From: an uncultured Kineothrix sp.
GTDB taxonomy: Bacteria; Bacillota; Clostridia; Lachnospirales; Lachnospiraceae
Assembly: GCA_964463365.1 (NCBI GenBank)
Contig: CAYXCV010000002.1
Coordinates: 1 to 62,871 of the forward strand
Length of the DNA stretch: 62,871 bases
Direction: 5' to 3'
The notes under the pieces were generated by a model. The model saw only the letters and a list, made by a program, of their open reading frames with translations. It had not been told where the DNA came from and did not search any database. Position 1 is the first letter of the stretch; every line of letters begins with the position of its first letter. Positions 20,442-28,282 of the stretch are shown piece after piece. The position numbers and the translations under genes are program-made.

Positions 20442-20468
20442 AAGGGTACTTATAAATAAGCACCCTTA
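20442..20468 (-). terminator. Intrinsic terminator after DUF47
   Basis: AAGGGTGCTTAT-TT-ATAAGTACCCTTT. Confidence 0.65.
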
Positions 20469-20488
20469 ACTAAAATCATAAAATTATA

Positions 20489-21112
20489 TTAAGTATTTGC
20501 AATAATGATTGCTTCTACTGCGTCTGCCAAATCTTCACAGCAGTCACATACGGTTTCAAATGACCGATATATTTCACGCCACGCCATAATAAGAATCGGA
20601 TCGGAGCTTTCAATAACTAGTCTCCTTATATTCTGAATATATAATTCATCACCTTCTTCTTCTAACTGATTAAGATCGATAATATGTTTCATAATAGTTT
20701 TTGATTTCTTATAATCATTTAAATCACTTAAGATCTTTTCTGCAACTTCGCAGCATTTTACAATAAGATTTGCAAATTTATCAACATCTCCGCGTAATTC
20801 AGTAATATTCCAAGTATATAGTCCAATAACAATATCCTCTATAGAATCAGTTACATTATCAATACATGTACTAATCTCAATAATGTCATCGCGGTCAATA
20901 GGGGTAATAAAAGCTTTCACAATTTCTCTTGTCATTTCATGCTTCTTTACATCACCTCTGTGTTCAATCTCATGAATGGCATCTACATCAGCTTTAATCT
21001 CGCTAATATCATAATTATCAATAATATCACACAATTTGGCTGCTGCTTCTCTTGAAATACGAATGCATTCTACAAAATTATCAAAATAAAAATTATCCTT
21101 TACCTTTGCCAT
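20489..21112 (-). CDS. DUF47 (PhoU-like) Pit accessory protein
   Basis: EIEHRGD, FITPIDRDDI, LEEEGD; directly downstream of Pit. Confidence 0.92.
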   Translation of the reverse strand: MAKVKDNFYFDNFVECIRISREAAAKLCDIIDNYDISEIKADVDAIHEIEHRGDVKKHEMTREIVKAFITPIDRDDIIEISTCIDNVTDSIEDIVIGLYTWNITELRGDVDKFANLIVKCCEVAEKILSDLNDYKKSKTIMKHIIDLNQLEEEGDELYIQNIRRLVIESSDPILIMAWREIYRSFETVCDCCEDLADAVEAIIIANT

Positions 21113-21164
21113 GTTTATTCCTCCTGTTAGTTATAATTAACTAATTATTTTTACCTTTATGGAA

Positions 21165-22211
21165 CTATATCAGTAAATTGAATACTTTCACTGCAATAAA
21201 TGCAATAAGACCACACCCCGGAAAAGTTAGTATCCACGTAAACACCATTTCCCTAACCACCTCAAGATTAATGGCAGAAAGTCTCTTCGTAGCACCAACT
21301 CCCATGATGGCGGTTGTCTTTGTATGTGTCGTACTTACCGGTATTCCCGTAAGGGATGCCAGAAGCAGACAAAAAGCTGCACCTAAATCAGCGGAAAATC
21401 CTTGATAGGTATTTAATTTTACCATGTCCATACCCACGGACTTTATGATTTTATATCCTCCCAGGGAAGTACCCAAAGCCATTAGAACTGAGCACATCAC
21501 CATCATCCAAAGGGGAAGCTGAACATTACCTGTTGTTTCACTTCCATTTGCCAGAAACACTCCTAACATCAATACACCCATGAATTTCTGTCCATCCTGC
21601 GCTCCATGCATAAATGACATTGCAGCTCCGCCAAATATCTGAGCCCCTTGGAAAAATCCGGTTGTTTTACGCCTGTCCATTTTGCGGCAAAAAAATTCTG
21701 TTAGTTTTGTAAATCCATATCCACTGCCAAAACCTAATGCAGTAGAAAGTACTAAACCATATATAACTTTCAGCCATTCCTCACCATTAATTCCCCCAAA
21801 TCCATTGTGCAGGGCGATTGCCGCACCTGACAAACCGGCTATCAGAGCGTGACTTTCGCTTGTAGGTATCCCAAAATACCAAGCAGCTACTGCCCATAAG
21901 ATAATTGCAAAAAGTGCTGCACATAATGCAATAATCGCTGAATTTGTGTCTCCGTCAAAGTTAACCATATTCTTAATCGTCATGGCTACAGTAGAATTGA
22001 TAAGAGTCATTACAAAAACTCCAAGAAAGTTAAATACCGCAGACATAATAATTGCTGCTCTTGGCGGTATGGCACGGGTTGCAATACAGGTTGCTATTGC
22101 ATTGGGTGCATCCGTCCAGCCATTCACAAATATTACGCCACATGTTAAAATAACTGTAATTAAAAGAATGGGGTTTTGCACGACCTGTGAAACGAATTCC
22201 ACTACGTTCAT
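21165..22211 (-). CDS. pit: Inorganic phosphate transporter, PiT family
   Basis: NGWTDAPNAIAT, GIPTSESHAL, HGAQDGQK, GIPVSTTH; start set after AAAGGAG. Confidence 0.94.
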   Translation of the reverse strand: MNVVEFVSQVVQNPILLITVILTCGVIFVNGWTDAPNAIATCIATRAIPPRAAIIMSAVFNFLGVFVMTLINSTVAMTIKNMVNFDGDTNSAIIALCAALFAIILWAVAAWYFGIPTSESHALIAGLSGAAIALHNGFGGINGEEWLKVIYGLVLSTALGFGSGYGFTKLTEFFCRKMDRRKTTGFFQGAQIFGGAAMSFMHGAQDGQKFMGVLMLGVFLANGSETTGNVQLPLWMMVMCSVLMALGTSLGGYKIIKSVGMDMVKLNTYQGFSADLGAAFCLLLASLTGIPVSTTHTKTTAIMGVGATKRLSAINLEVVREMVFTWILTFPGCGLIAFIAVKVFNLLI

Positions 22212-22363
22212 AATGAGTTTCTCCTTTGTTTCAGCAGCTATAGAGCTGCAATTTTTTATCAAACATTTAAATCCGGTATTAATCCATCGACTTTTAACAT
22301 AGCATACCCATATTACATATTTCAAGTATAACTTTATAAATACATCTGAGTTGGCAGACTATA

Positions 22364-23074
22364 TTAAATTTCATCGTTTTTCTCTGCCATTCGATAGCCC
22401 ACACCGATCTCTGTTAAAATGTATTGGGGCTCGGCTGCATTTTTCTCTATTTTTCTTCTGAGATTCGCAACATTCACACGCAGTGCCTTGCTTTTATTCA
22501 CATAAGGTCCCCAGAGTTCCCGGCATAATGCTTCATGAGTTAAAACAGTGCCCGCATTCAAAGTAAGAAGCACTATAATACGATATTCTATGGGCGTCAG
22601 ATGCACAGGTTCTTTGTCAATCGTCACTACCCTTTTATCATAATCTATATAGAGTTTCTCTACTTGAAAAGAATGTTTCGATATTCCGTTTTGTATTTTG
22701 GTTACATGACCATTTCTAAGTGCAGTGCGAATTCTTGCCATTAGAATTGAATTATTAAAAGGCTTTGTTATATAGTCATCAGCGCCGTTATCCAAAGCCG
22801 AAACTATTGTCCTTTCCTCATGTCTGGCAGATATAACGATTACTGGAATCAAACTCCAACTTCTGACAGACTTAAGAACTTCCATACCATCCATATCCGG
22901 CAAACCCAAATCCAACAAAATAAGATCCGGACAATGGGACGTTGCGAATGAAATTCCATCTTCTCCATTGTATGCTTTGAGGGTTCTATAACCCTGCGCT
23001 TCCAGTTTAATTGTCAAGAAATCCATAATGGCTTCTTCATCTTCTACTATCATAATTACATGCTTATTCTTCAT
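22364..23074 (-). CDS. KdpE-like OmpR-family response regulator
   Basis: LDLGLPDMDG, VISAR, ALDNGADDYITKPF, LRVNVANLRRKIE, YILTEIGVGYR. Confidence 0.9.
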   Translation of the reverse strand: MKNKHVIMIVEDEEAIMDFLTIKLEAQGYRTLKAYNGEDGISFATSHCPDLILLDLGLPDMDGMEVLKSVRSWSLIPVIVISARHEERTIVSALDNGADDYITKPFNNSILMARIRTALRNGHVTKIQNGISKHSFQVEKLYIDYDKRVVTIDKEPVHLTPIEYRIIVLLTLNAGTVLTHEALCRELWGPYVNKSKALRVNVANLRRKIEKNAAEPQYILTEIGVGYRMAEKNDEI

Positions 23075-23141
23075 GATTGACAACCTTACCTTTCTAAATG
23101 TATTAATTCCAAAGACACAAAACTTAGTGTGCGTTTTCACA

Positions 23142-24641
23142 CTAAGTCTCTTTGCATAACGGTAAGGTGAACATAAATTGTGCTCCGCCTTCCGGCCGAT
23201 TATTCGCATATATTTCTCCGCCATGAGCATTTATAATTGTCTTACAAATAGAAAGTCCGATTCCCAATCCCCTTGCGGAATCCCTGCACGGCTCTTTTGT
23301 AGTCACTGAAAAATGAAATAATGAAGGTAGGATTCTTTCATCAATACCCGGTCCATTATCAGCAATAATAAAGCTGGCAAAGTCTTCCATTGCCTTTACC
23401 TCAATAATAACATCTGATTTTTGTCCTTTGGCATGTTTTTGTGTGTTATCCAAGAGATTGTTCATCACTTGGGAAATCAACATAATATCCATTGGAACCA
23501 CAATGATCTCGTCAGATTGTTTTACTGTAATCTGAGCATCCGGGAAACGTTTATGAAAAGCAGAAACAGCCCCCGCAACTACCTCCTCTGCTATTTCTTC
23601 TATTTTGTCAATTTCCATACCATTCTTTTCAACTTTTGTTATAGATAATATATTCTCTATCATATTCAAAAGCCATTGAGAATCATTTTGTATCCCCCTA
23701 ACAAGTTTCAAACAGACCTCTTTTGGAAGATTATTTCCTTCCTCCAGTAGTGTCGAGCTGGAACCGATAATACCGGTAAGAGGTGTCCTTAAATCATGAG
23801 AAATACTTCTTAAAAAACTGTTTTTAACCTTTTCTGCCTCTATTAATATTTCTGTTTCCTGTTGTTCCACAGTCAAACGATACATTCTAAGTGCCTGAGC
23901 CGTTTGTTCCGCTATGAGTGACAGAAACATTTTCTGTTTTATATTCAAATCTTTTTCATTACATGAAAAAGCAAATACTCCGTAATTGATATTTTGAATT
24001 AATATGGGGAAAAAATACCCATATTTTTTATCTTCTAATGGTTTTCGCTGTTTATCTGCCATTCTGACTAAAGAATATATTTCTTCACAACAAAAATACT
24101 CTATGCCAACATCATTTTTCGCATGTCTGAAATAAGGATTGAGCTTCCCTTCTGATTGTATATCTTCAAAAAAAGCTACTGAATGTCTTAATTCATCCTT
24201 TAAGTATTCCATAGAGTATCTTGCTATTGTATCAATATCTCTGGTAGAAAGAAGTTTTCTGTTAATGCTGTAAAGCAGTTGGGCAAGTTCCCGCTGCTCT
24301 TTTGCCTGTTCTGCCTGTTCCTTCATCATCGTTGTAATTGTACTGCTGGCAAATACAACCAGAAGCATAATGATAAGAGTAATTGGTACTCCTACTGTAA
24401 AGCTAAAAGCAAACCTTGGTGATGTAATGAAAAAATCATATGCAAAGACACCTATGACAGCGGAAAATATCCCGTAAATATAACCGTCAGTAATACCCGC
24501 TATGAGGAATATAGCCATAGACATCACAATATTTATATTTTGGTACCCGATATTATTGCGATATAATATTTCACAGATTAGTAATGTGACGGCAAGGATA
24601 CCGAATGAAATAACAAGGTCTTTTATTTTCTTATTTTTCAA
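23142..24641 (-). CDS. Short KdpD-like sensor kinase (DUF4118 4-TM, GAF, HisKA, HATPase)
   Basis: YDFFITSPRFAFS in the TM region, LRSISHDLRTPLTGI, GLGIGLSICK; no N-terminal KdpD/Usp region. Confidence 0.88.
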   Translation of the reverse strand: MKNKKIKDLVISFGILAVTLLICEILYRNNIGYQNINIVMSMAIFLIAGITDGYIYGIFSAVIGVFAYDFFITSPRFAFSFTVGVPITLIIMLLVVFASSTITTMMKEQAEQAKEQRELAQLLYSINRKLLSTRDIDTIARYSMEYLKDELRHSVAFFEDIQSEGKLNPYFRHAKNDVGIEYFCCEEIYSLVRMADKQRKPLEDKKYGYFFPILIQNINYGVFAFSCNEKDLNIKQKMFLSLIAEQTAQALRMYRLTVEQQETEILIEAEKVKNSFLRSISHDLRTPLTGIIGSSSTLLEEGNNLPKEVCLKLVRGIQNDSQWLLNMIENILSITKVEKNGMEIDKIEEIAEEVVAGAVSAFHKRFPDAQITVKQSDEIIVVPMDIMLISQVMNNLLDNTQKHAKGQKSDVIIEVKAMEDFASFIIADNGPGIDERILPSLFHFSVTTKEPCRDSARGLGIGLSICKTIINAHGGEIYANNRPEGGAQFMFTLPLCKET

Positions 24642-24724
24642 CGTAATTCACCTATATTTATTAAATAATATATTTTTGTATCTATTATAACATATATTTA
24701 CAGGCAGCGACTAAATCTTAAAAG

Positions 24725-25861
24725 TTATCCAAAGATTGAAATAAAGATACCTGCTATGACTGCAGAGCCTATTGTACTGGCGACAATCGGTCCCATTGCA
24801 TGCATTAGAAGATGGTTGGTTGGATTATACTCCTGACCCAGAGTTTGCGATATTCTGGCAGCCATAGGCATTGCCGATACTCCGGCATTACCAATCAGAG
24901 GATTCACTTTGCCTCCTGTTATTTTACATAGAAGCTTGGCAATCAGTATACCTCCTGAAGTACCCATGATGAATGCAAACAATCCAAGTATAATAATAAT
25001 AAGTGTTTTTACATTTAATACCCGGTCTGCCGTAGCGCTGGCTCCGATGGATATTCCTATTAATAAAGTAAGTAAGTTGAGCAAATCACCCTGAAGCATT
25101 CTGGCCAGCCTATCTGTTACGCCGCTTTCTCTGATTAGGTTACCAAGCATCAGCATTGCGATTAATGTTGCCGCTGACGGTACAAAGATAAGTACCAACA
25201 TAGTTATAATAATCGGAAAAAGAATTTTTTTCTTTTTAGAAACCCTTCCCGGTATTGGCATTACTATCATTCTTTCTTTCTTGGTTGTCAGTGCTCTCAT
25301 AACGGGCGGTTGAATCATAGGCACTAAAGCCATATAGGAATATGCTGCTATCGTTATTGTCGGGAGCAAATGGTTGGCCAGTCGTTCTGTAATATAAATA
25401 GACGTAGGTCCGTCTGAACTTCCGATCATTCCGATTGCTGCAGCTTCCTGCATGGTGAAGCCTGTAAATCCGGGAACAAAGTAAGAAATTACTGCTCCAA
25501 CACCCAAGGCACCAAACATTGCAGCAAAAATACCAAGCTGTCCTCCCAGCCCAATCAGAGCTGTTTTCGGTGATGAAATCAATGGACTGAAATCCGTCAT
25601 GGCACCTATGCATAGAAAAATCATTGGCGGATAAATGCCAAGTTCAATTCCTTTATATAGATAATAAACCAAGCCACCCTCATCATAGGAAGAAAGCCCG
25701 GCAATCGGTACATTGGCAATAAGCATTCCAAAAGCCAATGGTAAGAGAAGTAACGGTTCATATTTTTTAACCACTGCCATATAAGCAAGCGCAAGCGCAA
25801 TAAGTATCATCAACAGTTGTGATAGTGTTAAGTTATTAATTATGTTCGTTATATAAGATAT
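24725..25861 (-). CDS. Sodium ion-translocating decarboxylase beta-subunit-like membrane protein (OadB family, divergent)
   Basis: YEPLLLLP, GAMTDFSPL, DGPTSIY, AAYSYMALVP, NPLIGNAGVSAMPMAAR; start extended to an in-frame ATA 8 nt after GGAGG. Confidence 0.88.
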   Translation of the reverse strand: MSYITNIINNLTLSQLLMILIALALAYMAVVKKYEPLLLLPLAFGMLIANVPIAGLSSYDEGGLVYYLYKGIELGIYPPMIFLCIGAMTDFSPLISSPKTALIGLGGQLGIFAAMFGALGVGAVISYFVPGFTGFTMQEAAAIGMIGSSDGPTSIYITERLANHLLPTITIAAYSYMALVPMIQPPVMRALTTKKERMIVMPIPGRVSKKKKILFPIIITMLVLIFVPSAATLIAMLMLGNLIRESGVTDRLARMLQGDLLNLLTLLIGISIGASATADRVLNVKTLIIIILGLFAFIMGTSGGILIAKLLCKITGGKVNPLIGNAGVSAMPMAARISQTLGQEYNPTNHLLMHAMGPIVASTIGSAVIAGIFISIFG

Positions 25862-25889
25862 AGTCTACACCTCCTTATCCCTATTACTA

Positions 25890-26534
25890 TTAGAGCATTG
25901 CATAACCGTCATGATTTACAAGTGCATCTATCTTTTGTTTTTCCTTGCACATCTTACATTCGGATGGCTTGGACACCTCATAATCCGGTATATCATCAGC
26001 GCTGAAAACGGAATTGATTTCCCAATCCGCCACCTCATCTTTAGCTGAAAAAATAGCAGAAATACCGGCAAGCTTTCCACCATAATATCTAATAAATTCT
26101 AATGCTCTTGAAATTGTTTTCCCTGTAGAAACAGTACTAATCAGCAGTATAATCTGCTTATTATACACGTGATTTTGATTGCTTTGCATAAAGATTAGTT
26201 GACCGTTGGTCGCAACCGTAGGACGTATGATATGAATTTCTCTATCACTGTTTACAACCATAGATCCGTTTTCCAGTAATTCCTCTGCCATATAACCGCC
26301 GATTACCTCCGTATCTTCCATACAAACTATCGTATCCACAAGATTATTTAATAAATAAGGAATCGCCATTTCCCTAGCTACATCTCTGGCAACTAAGGCA
26401 TTTGTCTTCATCCGATTCATATTTAAATAAAAATTAAGATGGGAATTACCTGTGGTAAAATGTCCCGGTATCACTTCCAGGGTAATCAGTTTATTTTTGG
26501 GTGATTCAACAATAAAAGCTCGATTTTCTAACAT
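25890..26534 (-). CDS. PyrE-like phosphoribosyltransferase-fold protein with degenerate PRPP loop
   Basis: GHFTTGNSHLNFY start, IILLISTVSTGKT loop, C-terminal ECKMC. Confidence 0.75.
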   Translation of the reverse strand: MLENRAFIVESPKNKLITLEVIPGHFTTGNSHLNFYLNMNRMKTNALVARDVAREMAIPYLLNNLVDTIVCMEDTEVIGGYMAEELLENGSMVVNSDREIHIIRPTVATNGQLIFMQSNQNHVYNKQIILLISTVSTGKTISRALEFIRYYGGKLAGISAIFSAKDEVADWEINSVFSADDIPDYEVSKPSECKMCKEKQKIDALVNHDGYAML

Positions 26535-26565
26535 AACAACTTCCTTTCTGTTATTTTATTTTGAA

Positions 26566-26728
26566 TTTGTGAAACTAGTTTCTGAGTGGTGTCTCTCTCC
26601 CTAAGCACTTTGTAAGCCCGTTTTTCAAAACATTCCAATGAGCCCGAATTCGGTCTCATTTCCATAGAAAAGAGGGCATTCCAAAGTGTTTAGGGGGAGT
26701 GCCACCACTCAGAAGCTAATTTCACAAA
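26566..26728. repeat. 163-bp imperfect palindrome (REP/MITE-like or structured leader)
   Basis: About 47-bp outer arms TTTGTGAAACTAGTTTCTGAGTGGTG.../...CACCACTCAGAAGCTAATTTCACAAA and inner hairpin AATGAGCCCGAATTCGGTCTCATT. Confidence 0.85.
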
Positions 26729-26773
26729 GCCTTATATAATTATAATAGAAAACGTATAAAGAAGGGGTTAAGA

Positions 26774-26812
26774 AAACAACGGGCAGCTTATAATGCAAGC
26801 TGCCCGTTGTTT
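26774..26812. terminator. Intrinsic terminator after the MFS gene
   Basis: AAACAACGGGCAGCTT-ATAATGC-AAGCTGCCCGTTGTTT perfect stem. Confidence 0.85.
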
Positions 26813-26837
26813 AGATTTTAGTATTTTTATTATTTTA

Positions 26838-28043
26838 TTATGTCATGCCGGCTTTGTGGAGTGCTTTGGCTCTTGTCATGCATAAGGCTGTTATTAGTGT
26901 TATTACTCCCGTTATAATCAGCAGGATCTCGATAGAAATATAATCGGCAATGGGACCAAAAATCACCATACCAAGGGGCATCATGCTGGTATTTAACATA
27001 GTCATGATTCCAAAGACCCTTCCTCTGAATTCTGAATCTACCTTCTCTTGCAGCATAGTCATTGCCGGTGTATTTAATATAGGCATCGCCATTCCGAACA
27101 ATCCCATGAAAAAGACATAAGGTGGAAAGGGCATAGGGATTCCCAGGGCGAAGGTACATAAGCTCATTAACACAACCGCTAACATTATGGTATTCACTCT
27201 ATTTTTAAAACCTCTCCATAGGGTGATTAATATGCCCCCCAACAGCATACCAACGGAATAGGCAACTTCAATCGTTGAAAGATGCCAATAATCTTCCCCA
27301 TAATTGCGGACTACCTGCACCTGTGTTAAAAACGCAGCAGGTGCCATCATAATAAAAAAGATACTACAAAAAGCAAAAAACTCCACAAGAAATTTTGAAT
27401 TTAAAATGTATTTCATTCCTTGCTTCATTTCTACAAAATAGTTATCTGATATTTTTTCTATTTTCTCTTTCGTTGGAATCTTTAGCGCCATAAGCATAAT
27501 CAGAATTGCAATTACTGCTGTAATGATATCGATAAAGAATATTGGTCCTAAGGGTATCATTGATAGAAGCAATGCTCCTAATATTGGGGAGGCAAGCGCA
27601 AAAAGCGATTGAATGCTGCTGTTGATACCATTGACTCTTGCTAAATGTTTCTCCGGCACAATATCCGGTAATAAGGCGCTGACACAGGGCATCTGTACTG
27701 CTGATCCCAAAGCTCTTATTATAAGTGCAGCAAAAAGCAGTTCTATAGATTCATATCCCATTATAAATGCAATTGCTACCAACAGAGTACATGCCGCAAT
27801 ACCTCCATCAGCTATAATAATTAATGTTTTTCTATTATACCGATCTGCCCATACTCCTGCAAAAGGAGATAGTAAAAACATCGGAAGAATTGCACATAGA
27901 ATTCCTATGGTAGCATATAATCCTGATTTCGTTTGTACTGTTATATAGGATGTTATGGCAAATTGCACAAGGGACGATCCCAGCAGCGAAATTGCTTGAC
28001 TTGACATAAAAATAGCGGTATTCTTTTTCCAGTTATAATTCAT
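26838..28043 (-). CDS. MFS efflux transporter, DHA3/Mef(A)-like
   Basis: SQAISLLGSSLVQFA, AGVWADRYNRK, LQEKVDSEFRGRVFG; about 12 TM. Confidence 0.9.
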   Translation of the reverse strand: MNYNWKKNTAIFMSSQAISLLGSSLVQFAITSYITVQTKSGLYATIGILCAILPMFLLSPFAGVWADRYNRKTLIIIADGGIAACTLLVAIAFIMGYESIELLFAALIIRALGSAVQMPCVSALLPDIVPEKHLARVNGINSSIQSLFALASPILGALLLSMIPLGPIFFIDIITAVIAILIMLMALKIPTKEKIEKISDNYFVEMKQGMKYILNSKFLVEFFAFCSIFFIMMAPAAFLTQVQVVRNYGEDYWHLSTIEVAYSVGMLLGGILITLWRGFKNRVNTIMLAVVLMSLCTFALGIPMPFPPYVFFMGLFGMAMPILNTPAMTMLQEKVDSEFRGRVFGIMTMLNTSMMPLGMVIFGPIADYISIEILLIITGVITLITALCMTRAKALHKAGMT

Positions 28044-28111
28044 AATTTTACCTCACATTTTTGTATTATAACCTTTTACAAAAATAAATAAAAGATATTT
28101 TACATAAAAAA

Positions 28112-28146
28112 TAAAGGATTACTTCGAAACCATAAGTAATCCTTTA
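28112..28146. terminator. Intrinsic terminator after the amidase-deacetylase gene
   Basis: TAAAGGATTACTT-N9-AAGTAATCCTTTA. Confidence 0.75.
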
Positions 28147-28282
28147 AAAATAACCCTTATATTATTTTTACATCTTTAATTCTATTAAAATTAGACATAT
28201 TTTTCAATTACTGTTAACCATACGCTTTTTGTATCCAACCATACTTATCAGGCATATACGCTATAATTGTAACACTTTGCTG

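Noticed and set aside
14830-20490. c-di-GMP riboswitch near the c-di-GMP enzymes
   Set aside because: No class I or class II consensus recognised in these intergenic regions by eye
26838-28043. Acquired mef(A) macrolide resistance gene
   Set aside because: Family resemblance only; no msr(D), leader peptide or mobile element adjacent
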